From contig NC_042997.1 of the NCBI RefSeq assembly GCF_006345805.1, forward strand, positions 96,224,001 to 96,288,000: 64,000 nt of DNA. Reading direction: 5' to 3'. Positions 49,708 to 63,745 of the stretch are shown here, in pieces. Position numbers and translations under genes: made by a program. Positions within the stretch are counted from its first letter, which is position 1; each line of letters starts with the position of its first letter. The DNA is from Octopus sinensis (lineage: Eukaryota). Under the pieces are notes generated by a model, which did no database searches, was not told the DNA's origin, and worked only from the letters and a program-made list of their open reading frames with translations.

Positions 49708-50773
49708 ATGTGTGTGCGTGTGTGTGTGTGGTGTGTGTGTGATGCATAACATGCATCTTTTTGACTTGTGTTCTTTTGAGAGGATGCTGAAACATTCCTG
49801 GTTTAATAAATATTTGGTTTAATAAATATTTTATTATTTTGTCAGGAAACAGAAACTGATTTGGTCTCTGTTCCAGGAGCGTTGATGGAGAAAGTATTTT
49901 AGAGTTATGGAAGTTACAAAAATTTATAAACTTCGAGATAAGTGAATTGAGATATCATTAATACAGGACTAATAAAAAGCAAACAAAAATATATAGATAA
50001 ATAGAATGAATGGTAATATTGTGACTTGGAAGCAATCGATATCCGATGGAAGGGACAGTGAAAGTTAAAGAAAATGGGAAATAAGAATTTTAGCAAAATA
50101 ACAGCCAATCTGTTTTTCAGGTTTCCAAGTAAGTGAAGTAGTTTCCGCATAGTCTAAGGTTTCATCTTTGAGAACAAAGTTGTGAAATGAATTATAAGAC
50201 GAGCAGTAGAAGTGAGTTAGCTATAAAATATAATGAGTTATGTGAGGAATAATTGTAGCTTGAATATTTGTAGGCGGAAGTCATTTGGTCAATGGGGAAC
50301 TGACTGTTGTTTATATAGGGGCGATAAAATTGTTTAGTAGAATAATCACCATTGATGCTTCATACAGAAGCAAAGCTAGACTATAAATAAATTATACGTA
50401 TAGTATATAGAGATCTTAGAGCGAAAGACATAATATTGATTTTGTGTTTAAAAAACAACTTATCAGTAGTACTATTTATGCGACGAACCAACTGACCAAA
50501 AAGGGAAGAAAATGAAAACTACATAAAATATTTATTAAACTAACATTGATGTTCACTTAATCGGAACAAGATAAAATATAAATATTTGACGCGAGACTGA
50601 CAACACAAGATATGTGTGTGTATGTGTGTGTGCACGTCTGTGTATACACACACATGCGCGTATTTATATTGGTATAATTCACGTATACTGTATTTATAGT
50701 TATATGAATATATATTTATAAATAAACGCACACACATATATATACATAGATAGATAGATAAATAGATAGATAA

Positions 50774-50808
<35 letters not shown>

Positions 50809-51984
50809 TTTGTCTGTTTATTTGTTTGTGTACGGTATAATGTTGTTTAATTTATATATGTAAAAGATATAAATTAGTAAACTCTGTAACTTATAAATTC
50901 GTTACTCTAGAGTTAATTACTTAACAAATCCAAAATAAAGAAAAAACTTCAATTATTCTATATATCACAACTGATTCAATAGATATATGCAAAGTCTTGC
51001 TTTCTGAAGTTGATAAACTTAGGAGTTACATTTCTACTCTAATTTCAGATTATTCAAGATTTTTTTTTGATAATCTATTGCATATATATCCCTTAAGATT
51101 TGAAAACACTCAGACGCAAAAGGTAAGCTCAGAGAGAAAATGAATTAAACGCACGTGAATGAAAATTATTCGCAGAAAAGAATATTAAGAATGTGAAAGT
51201 TACGACAGACTTCGTTCTAAATTAGAAAGTAAATCAATCTCGGTCGGTTACTAGGATAAGTATTCAAATATATGGTTGGCTGAAATACCTGCGTATTTAA
51301 TTAGCGTGTAAGGGACGGAGTATTCCAAAGGTGCGTTTTAGTTTAACGTAATCTGCAAACAGAATCACAATTAGCGTGAAGTGTTGCATGAAAAGATTGC
51401 TCTATTCAAATAAAATCACAATCTGTATGACGGGCTTCTGCACAATTTCTGTTACCTCAATTTCGGTCCAAAATAGTTGAGTCAAATTAAAGCTAAAAGA
51501 TATATATTCAAGATGCCATGCAGTTGAACTGGACATAGGTTGTTTGATTGCAAGTTGTATCGCTTAAATATTTGATTTTTGCTTCTAAATAAAGTTACGT
51601 AGTTCAAGCTTAAGAGAAATAATATAAAATTAACGAATAAATAGTTACAAACATAAATAACTTACGTAAGAAAAAATAGATAGAGAGTAAAAGCAATGAA
51701 CTTTGGGCGAAAGAGTACCTAAGTAATAGAAATCGATTGCAACACAGCATGGGAACTCATTTTGAGAAAAGATCGAAACGTTTTAATGACGATTTCAAAA
51801 TCGAGCTGCAATGTGTTAAGTGCAAATTTGACTGTATCTCAGATTTTTGTGTGATATTTTGTTACTGAACACAAATCATTAAACGATAAATGAAATATCT
51901 GGAAACGAGACGAATGCCAACAAAATTATAATATTGTGGTACATAAACATAGAACATAATATTCTAATAATAATGATGATGAGA

Positions 51985-52229
51985 AGCAGAAGAAGAAGAA
52001 GAAGAAGAAGAAGAAGAGAAGAAGAAGAAGAAGAAGAAGAAGAAGAAGAGAAGAAGAAGAAGAAGAAGAAGAAGAAGAAGAAGAAGAAGAAGAAGAAGAA
52101 GAAGAAGAAGAAGAAGAAGAAAAGAAGAAGAAGAAGAAGAAGAAGAAGAAGAAGAAGAAGAAGACGAAGAAGAAGAAGAAGAAGAAGAAGAAGAAGAAGA
52201 AGAAGAAGAAGAAGAAGAAGAAGAAGAAG
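51985..52229. repeat. Long (AGA)n trinucleotide microsatellite
   Basis: Direct reading. Confidence 0.95.
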
Positions 52230-54102
52230 GGGCATTTCGTGACAGCCTTTTTCAATATTTTACTGCCAACGTACAGTCATCTTCCATTTCTTCGTGGGTC
52301 TGATCTATTTTGCTTTAACCGTGAAATTATTGATCTTATTTCCCTATTATAAGTGGAAGCAATTATACATTCTTTTAAAAGTATTGTAAACGGCTTTCAT
52401 GATAACAATACCATATCAATATCGAAAAACGGAGCAAAATAAAATCCCGGAGTGCTTTGTTAATTTACAACTTATCACAGCGCTCTTCTTATGAATGTGA
52501 TGTATCACAACATATCCCATATTCCCGCTCTGTCTATCATTCTTTCCTAATTAAACTTTATATGGGTTCTTTACAAATGAATTATTTCCTTGACACTATT
52601 ACGTTGCTGTATACTGTTCAAATATTGAGTTCATTCTCTTATTTTAGTAGTCTTCTATACTAAACTACTATCGATAATGAAATTTCGTTTAACATGATAA
52701 TGTCTGAAACATAAGAATGTTCAAAGTTTGTTATATATTATTTATTCTATTTTCTTGATTTCGTATTTTTGTAGCCTGTCAACTGGATATATTGAACAGA
52801 TGTTAGTATTCTTTTAACTCAATAGTGTTTTCTAATTAAAATTTCTAATATGGTATACACTTGACCGTGTATGTTAAAACTTCACTGAAGAATAAAATAA
52901 AATCACATACGAGATTAATGGCATTTGGCAATCGGATTTGCAGACAAAAGCATTTGTGTTTTTCAACATATAGTTTCCATTAACAATTCTTTCGTGTGAT
53001 GCACGACATCGCCGAAACTGATTCTAACCTTTTTCCTATTGAATTGTTATTGTAACTGAAGATTTGCGCTAATGTTTGATTTGGGGATTATATTGCAATA
53101 GGCAACTATTTACAACACGATGGTTTCTGAAAGATATTCTTTGTTCTCGTAATGACACGAATATCATGTCTATGTTAGACGTAATGCTAACGTCGATAAA
53201 ACATTTCAAAACCGTGTGAAAATCGTTGCTTTTGCTAGCAGACATTAGTTCCGCTAGCTGCAACAGATTCATTTCCAATAAAATCTTATTACTTTGAATT
53301 TACTCGAAAGCTCTGTAAAACACATGAACAACTACCTTCTAACTAAATCATTTTATACAAATAGTTATTTAGTTTGGAGTGTATAACCGTCATCTCTTAA
53401 GTCCTACAACGTTCTGTAATTGAATTGTGTCCATTTACTACAATAGAACATATTCAAAGTTAATGAATTGTACAATAAACATTGACTATTCTCGGTTAAA
53501 CTACAGCGTAGTCCAAAAGTAGGTTTACAGTTATCACGTAGGCACTTTAAATCTCTTTTAAAACATTTTATCACATTTAAATTTCTATCTTACAATTTAC
53601 TCAATTAGCATAGAATAATCGTTTCATTTTTTTAAATATAGTTTAGATCTAAACTATTAATATACCAATGCGAAAAGGTTAGGTGAATAACTGCAAGCCT
53701 TCTTTTGGGCTACCCTGTATACTGTGACTTCGGTAATTGCTTTTCAAGATGCTGAATTTCAATGTTTATAAGCCTTAATAAACGAAAAGCAAAATAAAGA
53801 TACACTGTAAATTAGAAACATCATCCGCCTACGGATGAATATATAATTAAAATACAATTTAATTAAATTTCATTTAAAATGTATAGTATATTAAACTATG
53901 GCAAGTTACCTGATTAAAAGCAGGATATGAACTCTTATGTTAAATAATATTAAATTTATAATATTAAATTTATTAATCTCTTACACAGTAAACAAGCCCA
54001 CTTAACTATTGGCTATATATGAGGGCCTTTTTAAGTTAATTTTCTCTAAATATTATCAACGTAAATGAAGAGAAGTGCTTTCAATGGTAACGAAAGACTA
54101 TG

Positions 54103-54325
54103 TCGCGGCAAGCTGGCAGAAATGTTACTGAGCCCAACAAAATGCTTACAGGCATTTCGTCTGTCTTTACTTTCTGAGTTCAATTTCTACCGAGCTCGAC
54201 TTCAATTACCTTCTTACTGGGATCCGATAAAATAAGCACCAGTTGAGCACTGGGATCGATGTAGTCGATGGCACCCCACCTCCCCGCAAACTTGCTGGGC
54301 CTATGCTAAGATTTAAAACCAATAT
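54103..54325 (+). mobile_element. SINE family B copy
   Basis: gcggcaagctggcagaaatgtta...ttctgagttcaatttctaccgag...gataaaataagcaccagttgagcactgggatcgatgtagtcga. Confidence 0.75.
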
Positions 54326-54835
54326 TAACGAACATTATACTGCCTGTATGTTATTAGCAAAATATTGAAATGTTATAACACGTTATATTTTCCTGAATTC
54401 AATGTAAGCTACTGAATTCTTATCTTACAAATCTATAATTTATCTCTTCGATAAGGTTTACATACATCTAAACCATAATAAACGAAATTCCATTTTTTAA
54501 CTCTAATTGACTTTAATGTGTCGAAGATCAAATCAGAGATTGGCAGAAACAGCGCTTCACACATGCTTTTAAGTCATAAAAACGTCTTAATCAATTTTAT
54601 TCATTACTCTTTTTTTGTATGTTGAACGCTGCAAGCACGAAAGAGACTCAGATTATCGAATCTTTTTAATTGTGAATAATATTTATACATTGATAAGTTC
54701 CCAGAAGTTTCACTTTCGTTATGCATACATTTCTGTTCTACTGTGTATATGATGATGTCTACTAATACTGACGCCAAAAAGGAAGGTAATATTTCGATAT
54801 ATTATCTGCAATATAGCTTCGACCCCCAATTTTTA

Positions 54836-54926
<91 letters not shown>

Positions 54927-54934
54927 GCTATTAT

Positions 54935-55323
54935 TCATTTCTTATTTCATATATTGTCCACAAGGGGCTAAACATAGAGGGGAAAACAAGGACAGACAAA
55001 GGGATTAAGTCGATTATATCGACCCCAGTACGTAAATGGTACTTAATTTATCGATCCCGAAGGGATGAAAGGCAAAGCCGACCTCGGCGGATTTGAACTC
55101 TGATCGTAACGGCAGACGAAATACCTATTTCTTTACTACCCACTAGGGGATAAACATAGAAGGGACAAACAAGTACAGACAAACGGATTAAGTCGATTAT
55201 ATCGACCCCGAAAGGATGAAATGTAAAGTTGACCTCGGCGGAATTTGAACTCAGAACACAGCGGCGGACGAAATACCACAAGGCATTTCGCCCGGCGTGC
55301 TAATGTGTCTGCCAGCTCGTCGC
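54935..55323 (-). mobile_element. SINE family B with an internally duplicated body (dimer-like)
   Basis: Head gcgacgagctggcagacacattagcacgccgggcgaaatg; the body (gagttcaaat...ttcatcc..tcggg.tcgat...gacttaatcc.tttgtctgt) occurs twice. Confidence 0.75.
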
Positions 55324-56683
55324 TTTTATTCAGTTATTATTCATTTCTAATACATTGGGAACCCTTCAAAATCATAAAATTCCAAATCGTATTTATTTTA
55401 TTTATTTAGATTGAAATACTACAATGGATAACGTAATCGATTGTATAGCAATTGATTTAAACCAAATTTTCTACATGTGTTTCTTTTCCTGCTTTTGCTT
55501 TTCGTTTTTTGTTTGGTAATTGAACTTCACATCTCGTAAGTCACTCTATATGTCACAACAGCCGCGGTCAAGTCAACTAAGTATGCTAGGTAGAAATTTC
55601 GTCGTTGTCAATTGGTCAAAGGTGATTGCACACTCCCATATGTTTTACTCGGCGCTCCCTGTCTATGAGAGAAATTTACTTGGACTACAGACTGACAAAA
55701 TCGAGGTCGTACGGCTAGATTTATCACTCATTTTCTGGAGTTGCACTCAAATACCCGCCTTTAATTATTTTCGATACGACGAAGCACTCAGACAATCATA
55801 TTCACGAGTGCACACACGCTCACATAATTACTCACGCATACTCGCATGAATGTGTGTGTGTGTGTGTGAAGTTTTGTATAGATTTTATATATTAAGGAAA
55901 CGGAGGGGTGTCAGAATGGATGATATTTATTGTTCAAAGATTCACCAGGATTGATTTTTTACAAAACAAATTATGCCTTTCTATGTGTGAGTTAGTTGAA
56001 AAAAATCTGGAGTTGAATTGTGAAAAAAATATTCATTGTTATTTGAATCTATAACTGTATGTTTATAAGTGTGTGTTTATGTGTGCAAGTATGTGCGTGT
56101 AATGAACTTTTGGAGGATTGATTAGACTGGGAAAAAGAAAACAAATTATATTTGTGAAATCAACAATTCGCTTTACCAACGTGCAAGAATCCAAAGACAC
56201 CAAAGCAGGCAATAAGAATTACGCAAAAATCCGCTAAGTATCTGGAAATATGCAGAAACAGCAGATTCCTTCTACAAACGTCCAAGGTTTCATCTAAAGT
56301 ACCGGAAGGCAATGGTATTCCATTTGATCAAAAACCTCCTACCTAAACGAAAGGCATAAAAAAAATATATATTTATGAACACATGAGAAATTCTCATTAA
56401 ATCAAATGTGCTCATTACTGTTATTAAAATAACTTGAAAAATTCACTTACGCAAACAATACACGTCACACACTCACACACATAAGCTTAGACGCACACAA
56501 CAACATATACATTTAATAACCTGCAAGAACAAAATTTCTGCAGCTGTATCCAGCTGACAATTGAAAAGTAGTATACAATGATTAAAAGAAAATTGACCTC
56601 TTGACTTATCATCAATATGAACCATCAAAGAAAAAAGCCATTCTACAAAAAGCGTGAGCGGTAGACGCATTTTTATGCACATA

Positions 56684-57724
56684 CAGGGTGTACAGGTAAA
56701 TTGAGACCAATTTTAAGCAGGTGACTTAGTGGATTTAACTTTTTATTTCTTAGCAAAACCTTGCTTGCTTCAAAATCTAATACTCCACTTTATTTTTCGG
56801 GTAAATAGGGAACTGATTCGATAACAGAAATACATGGAACAGTATAATTCCCCCATTGTTGCTTTGGCGCTATCCAGGCACACTGTCGATAAAATTCTTA
56901 AGCTGACGAAACTTCCAGATGCAACGGTGTATCGAGTGTAAAGAAGAGGGAATGATAGACACGTGAGAGCGCGTCTCCAAGTGACTCCAAGCTCAATCCA
57001 ACGCTTCTCGCTGGCCCCAAATGCTCGATTGAAGTCAATCCATGCACATCCATACAAGTGATGGCATACAACCCTTCTCATGTCCTCACTATGTTTGAAA
57101 CTAAGAATCCTGCCTCTATGACAGTATTTGGAGCCGTAACGAGTGATGGAATTGTCCTGGACCCACACTTCATTGAGTCTGGTTCGGAATCGCCAGAAAG
57201 GAGAACCTAGACATCTTGAAGAACTCTCAGTTATTTTCGATGGAGCAGGAGTTTGGACTTAACAATGACGTGCTGATCCAGGATTTTGCACTTTACCATA
57301 GCTTACAGGGTTAGTTATTAGAAACACAAGGCTTCCTTGGTGATAGGGTGCCATTTTTTGCGAGTGCCAACATCTGGCCCAGTAATAGCCCAGATTTCAA
57401 CTTTCTCGATTACTTTTCGTGGGGCGTACTTTAAGCATGAACCAATGCTTCCCCACATTCGAGTATCCACAATTTGAAGACCTGCATCATGCGTGCGACA
57501 AACAAAATAAAAAAAAGCGGAGGTTGCGGCAACTGTAAAAATTTTTTTAAATCATTCACGAGTGGAGGTAGCAATTACTGAAAAAGACAGCCATAGTTAA
57601 TAATAAATGTTTTTATTGTAATAAATGTTACATTAAATTTATATCTGTCTACTACCATTATTTTAGAATTTATAACCAGTTTTAGGCATCGTAAAAATTG
57701 TCTCAATTTATCTGCAAGAACCTG
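56684..57724 (+). mobile_element. Degraded Tc1/mariner-superfamily transposon (maT/DD37D-like)
   Basis: Termini TA-CAGGGTGTACAGGTAAATTGAGACCAATTTT and AAAATTGTCTCAATTTATCTGCAAGAACCTG-TA; remnants VFGAVTSDG and IWPSNSPDFNFLDYFSWGVL. Confidence 0.8.
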
Positions 57725-58870
57725 TATAGTCCTAAAAGGTTTAGAAATATAAGGTTTACATAAGGATAAGCGTTTTCTAAATTTTCACTTCATATTTCAG
57801 AAAGTATTCAGACAGTGGATATTTCAAGAGAAAACCAGGTTTGGTTTACCAGCTGACGATCAGAAATAAGATACACTGATTACTACAAATCGAAGTTTTA
57901 AATGTATATATATATATATATAACTGAATGCTCGTACGTCGTCTTCGCGGAAGAGTCCTTCAGTTATGTGTGTGTGTGTGTGTGTACCTATGTACGCTCT
58001 GAGATAGTAAATATAATAGTTGCTCTGTTTAATACCATCACCAAGATTTTACCGGGATTCATCCATTTCAAGCATTCGGACTAAATCAGTAGTCTAAGAA
58101 TTACTTCACCAATCCGTCCCCCAGCCAGAGTGACAGGCCCCGTCAGGTTCTAACAATGTATAGAATAGGACGCATGAATGTATTCGTTATAATCTTCTCT
58201 TCTGCATTTGAACCTATTACTACTAGCGAAGATGTATGAATATTAAGCATTCAGCTAAAAATCTGGTAGCCTGTTGTGATACGATGTGATTATTTATTAC
58301 TCTGTAAGAAAACACTCATATATTTAATGTGTCATTAGCAATGTTCTGGCGGTCTTATTATACAACCATTGTGTATATCTGATACATATATTTTCAGTTA
58401 GATGATGATTTATTAATTTACTTATTGAACTTGCAGACGTATCTATTGAAACCACGGTCGTAAAGTAGATGAAAATGTAATAAAACGTCGAAAGCTCAAC
58501 AAATGGAGCTGCTGAATCTTTTAACTGAAGGCAAGTTCTTAGAGAAGCTGAGATTTTATTGATAATATATATTATTTATGGAAATGAGGTATTTTTTACA
58601 TGATAATCAAAAGGTACTAAACACACACATATAGAAACACAGACATATATATATATGTATGTGTGTATATATAAATACACATATACATGCAGACATACAT
58701 ATATATATATATGTATATATATATATACATATATATATATATGCACATATATAGGTACGTATATATGTATACACACATATATTTATCTATATATATATAC
58801 AGATATATATACATATATATATATATATAGATAGATATATAGATAGATAGATAGAAAGATATAGATATAG

Positions 58871-58953
<83 letters not shown>

Positions 58954-59745
58954 ATATATGCATGCACACACAAATACACTCATGTGCATACTTACAATGT
59001 GCGCTGAGTGCGTCTAGATGTATGTATGGATGGATGTATGTATGCATATGCATAAGTACTTATGTGGATAAACATTAAACATTAAATATTAAATATTTTA
59101 AATGCATCAAGTAGAAAATATGTGTATATGTTTACAAGCAAAGTGAGAGAAAGCAAAAGGTCGAAACTTTCAGATGATCCATCTATATGTATAAATATAT
59201 AGGTATTTATATTAATAGGTCCAACTTACACAGAGTACAAACAACAGAGTAAATTAAATGGGTGGAAGAATGGTGTTATAAGTTCAACAGCTGTTTCTGG
59301 AGGTTCAGTCATACGTAATAATAATGATAGGTTTCCTTCATAATAATATGCGGCCGCATGGAATCAAGTAACATAGGATAAGACGAGCCTCTCCACAAGT
59401 GAAAGAAAAGAACTCAACAGAGTTAAGAATTAATTCAGTAAATAAAAGGCTAAACCAAATTTAAATCTCTACCCAGCTGCCCAAACCAGAAATAAATAGT
59501 ACAGTGCAGCAAATCAACACACACGTGGACAAGCAAATACCGATACACAAAAAAAAAACAACATAGAAAATAACGCACACCGTAACTGACCAGCCATAAC
59601 CGAGGATGGGGGCGAAACGACTGAAGAAATAACAAAAAGTAAACAACATAAAGTAGATAAATATAAATCAGCTTCAGGAGTACGAGCAAGTAGAAAACTC
59701 TAGGGTAGATAAAGTCGACAATTTCTCGTTGAAAGACCTCAACAA

Positions 59746-60487
59746 CAAAATGAAACCATTGATCATGTTGTCTCGAAGTGCAGTCTTCTTGCGCCTAGAG
59801 AGTACCTCAACAGGCATGATAGAGCTACACAATATATTCACTGGGTAATTTGCAGAAGCCTGGACTCGCCCCTTGATAAAAACTGGTGGGGACACAAACC
59901 GCTTCCAGTGCTTCAAAATGACCACATCTCACTCCTCTGGAACTTCACCATTCAAACTGACAGGAAGATAGACGCGAATAGGCCAGATATCATAGTAAAA
60001 AACTTCAGACAAAAAACATGCCTCCTCATTGATATGACTGTCCCAATCGATATAAACGTATTTGTCAAGACCTACCAGAAACTGAGCAAATATAAAGATC
60101 TGGAAAAGGAAATCAGCAAAATGTGGAAACTGAAGACTAAAACAATATCTGTTGTCATAGGTGCCCTGGGAATGATAGGAAAAGGGGCTGATTGCTACCT
60201 AACTCAGATACCAGGAAACCCCAAAATGGCAGAAATTCAAAAGATAGTGCTAATGGAAACTGTTCATATCCTACGCAAAATACTTTCTTTGTAATCTCAA
60301 GTTTTAAAACAGACTTTATTTTCGTATGGTTTTTTAGGCATTCACTAGTACAACATTAAGTACAAATCCAAATATATGGCACCCCAGGCATAACACTAAC
60401 ATGAACTTCCAACATGTTGTCTCTTGAGCTCTCTGGCTGAGACTTGTAGCCAGCTTGTGCAAATGTAAAGCAAAAGTCAGTCAAACA
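59746..60487 (+). mobile_element. 3' end of an R4/Dong-type non-LTR retrotransposon (zinc knuckle plus restriction-like endonuclease and 3' UTR) ending in (TAA)n
   Basis: ETIDHVVSKC..YLNRHD..YIHW..LLWNFTIQTDRKIDANRPDIIV..CLLIDMTVPID..KLSKYKDL..VVIGALG; stop at 60294; (TAA)n from 60488. Confidence 0.85.
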
Positions 60488-60526
<39 letters not shown>

Positions 60527-60540
60527 TATTAATAATATTG

Positions 60541-60597
<57 letters not shown>

Positions 60598-60724
60598 GTT
60601 GTGATGCATGTGCCTGGTGTACCTTTATCAGACGGGTAGTCATGATGGGTATATTGGGCTTCGTATATTTTACCCCAGTGTCACTTTGATGGCATGCACT
60701 GCTCTCTCACTCAATAATAATAAT

Positions 60725-60786
<62 letters not shown>

Positions 60787-60799
60787 TAAAATATATTTG

Positions 60800-61930
60800 G
60801 TCGTTTCTAAACTATTTCTTTTGCCGGTGTTGCTTAACCTCTTGTTGAAACCTAGTTACCATTTATTTTTTGGCAAGTATGCGTTGTTTCATTTCGTCAA
60901 ATACAACATTCAGGCCTTTTGTATCTATACCATACCTCTGCCTAACTTTTTCGAATTTCTATTCATTTTTAAGTTCTCCATTTCTGTTCCTAACAAGTAT
61001 TGACACTACATTGTTCAAGGCGCTTATATCTTCAGAAATTCTCCTTTTCCACCACGGTTGTTTATTTCCTCTTCTATCCATTGCTATTCTGTTCTCAGTA
61101 GTTCTCAATCCCATCCTTTCCGCCACAATCCTACTTGCAGCCTTCATTAGATTATTTGTTTGTGTGATGTTTTTTGTTTCAATGTTTCTCAATACATTGT
61201 TGTCTTTTCTCGTCTCTTGATTTAGTCTCCATCGGTTAGCCTTCTTAAAGTCGCTCATCAATTCTGTCCCTTCTGTATTTAATAGATCCATAATTCTGTC
61301 TATTATTAATCGATCTTCATTTTCTGATTAGTCACTGATCTCATTTCTTTCACAATTCTCAGTATCATATTCTTGCGAACATCTCTTCCACTATAACACT
61401 TTCGTTTCTCGCATAACCCGATAACCTTGTTTTAATAGCTTCTGGCTCCAATTCTATTAAACATCCATTCTTTCGTATTGCTTTTGCTTGATCAGATAAA
61501 CTGTGTTCAGTAATTTCAAACAGCTCCATTGCCTTCCATCCACTATGCATTCGTTTTCTGTTCCATTTGACAGGCACGCCATTCGCTTCCACTGGAGTGC
61601 TCCGGTAGTCACACTCCATAACCATCATGTTTACTTGTTTACTTCACTATTTTACTTCACATTTTTACTCACCAATGAGGTGTAATTCTAAGTTACTACC
61701 AACCGATATTTTTATCGAGACACCATCTCTATGAAGGTAGTCCGCCAAGGAAGCAGGGGCCTTGCTCTCCTAGTTTTGAACTTAAAGTGATCCGTCTCAT
61801 AGGCTGCTTGCCATCCAAGGCTGACGGATACAGCCTACCCGGAGCACTTGTTATCGTGGTCGTTTCCGTAGGCTTTTCTTTCCACGGATAAGGCTAATCT
61901 TGCTTCTTACATTTTATTTAAATTTCTTCT
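60800..61930 (-). mobile_element. 5' UTR and N-terminal ORF remnant of an R4/Dong-type LINE
   Basis: VMECDYRS..RKRMHSGW..EITEHSLSDQAKAIRKNG..LEPEAIK; ETKNITQTNNLMKAASRIVAERMG; PWWKRRI. Family assignment from recalled motifs. Confidence 0.6.
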
Positions 61931-62119
61931 GTGATACACGATCTCTTTTCATTGCTTTTTTTTTCTTTTTTCTCGACCCCTTTTGATCGGAATTTTCTCT
62001 TGTTTTTCTTTTTTTTTTGTTTGCATTTTCGAAAAGAAAAGCTCTAAATTTGTTTTTGTCTCCTCTGTGTTCAGCCCTGTGTGGTCAATAAAGTAAATTA
62101 TCTGAAGGCGCCAATGCAA

Positions 62120-63290
62120 CGTGTTTCCTGAAGAGAAGTTTGGTGCGATGGAAAATTGAAATTACATCTTACGGAAAAAGCCTGGGCAACCTGGGTATCA
62201 GAAGAAGGGTTTTCCAGAGTGATAGCCTATCTCCGTTGCTTTTTGTTCTTTGCATGATACTCCTGAGTTTGGCACTCAGGAAAATGAACATCCCAATCAA
62301 TCAACCACCTCCTCTTTATGGATGATTTGAAACTGTATGGCGAGGATGAGACACAAGTGAGTTCCTTGGTGAATACAGTCCACTGTTTTGTACTGATATT
62401 TGATTGCAATTTGGTCTCAAGAAGCGCTGAATAATCTACCTAAAAAGAGGCATGGTACAGTTCCTACACAGGGATAGAATTACCGAATAGAGACTTGATT
62501 AAACAAATTGAAACGGAAGGATACAAATACCTTAATGTACTAGATTTCAGCGAGATAATGCGAAAGGAAATGAAGGAGCAACTGAGGATGGAGTGTTTCC
62601 GAAGACTGAGATTCGTGTTGCGCTCAAAATTGACTGAATCGAATAAAATCTAAACAGTTAATACGTGGGCGGTAGCATCACCTCGGTATAGAGCTGGAAT
62701 TATAAAATGGCAAAAGAGAGAAGTGAAGAAAATAGATAACAAGACCGGAAACATGTTGACAGTACACGGAGCCTTCCACCCTAAGAGTGACACCGATAGA
62801 CTGTACTTGTCCAGAAGAAAGAGCGGGAGAGGTTTGATGAATTTCCAAGACTCTATCGAAGCAGAAGAAAATATCTTGGTGTGGTATATAAAAAAAATGC
62901 CTTGGAGCCACTGTTGAAACACACGAAGGCCTGCGTCATCAAAACTGAAAATTGTGTAACTAAAGAAAAATTTAAACTGGAAATTAACAAAAAAAAATAT
63001 CATGGAAGGGAAAATTGTGCGGTCAGTTTACAAGAGATTTGAACGCCAAGACAGTTACAGAGGATCGGTGGCGATGGATGAGGAGCAGTGACCTGAAGTT
63101 AGAGACAGAAGCACTCATATGCGCAGCTCAGGAACAAACTTTAAGGACCAGCTATATGAAGGGCAGAATACACAATACTACCGATAGACACAACTCCAGA
63201 ATGTGTGGCGAGAGGGGTGAAACGGTATGGTACATAGTTAGCAAATGCTCGAAGTTGCACAATGCAAATAAAAAAAAGACGCCATGACAA
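62120..63290 (+). mobile_element. R4/Dong-type LINE RT remnant with frameshifts
   Basis: RRVFQSDSLSPLLFVLCM; INHLLFMDDLKLY; GYKYL; NTWAV; HGAFHPKSDTDRLYLSRRKSGRGL; ETEALICAAQEQ; MCGERGETVWYIVSKC. Confidence 0.85.
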
Positions 63291-63519
63291 TCATGACAAT
63301 GTGTCAAGATTGAGTGATGCATCTTTTTTTATCTTAAGTTTATACAACAGATATTTTAGTATTAGACTAAAAGTATTTGGATTTTTTCCAAGGAAAAGTT
63401 TGATACTGGCTTTGAAATTTTGACCTCCCAGACATTAAACTGATGACAACTAGGAACCCGATTGTATGATGCTCCGTTGGGAGCATCATACTCAACAAAA
63501 TAAGCTGTGATTTTTGAGA

Positions 63520-63574
63520 TGATGATGATGATGATGATGATGACGACGATGATGACGACGATGATGACGATGAC

Positions 63575-63630
<56 letters not shown>

Positions 63631-63653
63631 CGATGACGATGATGATGATGACG

Positions 63654-63717
<64 letters not shown>

Positions 63718-63745
63718 TAATAATGATGATAATAATAATAATGAT
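63520..63745. repeat. (GAT)n followed by (AAT)n microsatellite
   Basis: Direct reading. Confidence 0.95.

Noticed and set aside
51879-52255. Poly-L/F/S and poly-R/E/K ORFs (also 60356-61003 and 63367-63774)
   Set aside because: Trinucleotide microsatellite translations.
57845-57880. CTGACGA tca GAAA motif
   Set aside because: No stem II or stem I pairing.
59585-59625. CCGAGGA tgggggc GAAACG motif
   Set aside because: Core-like words only; stems do not pair.
63434-63475. CTGATGA ... GAAC ... GTA motif
   Set aside because: Lacks GAAA and stem II; stem I needs bulges.
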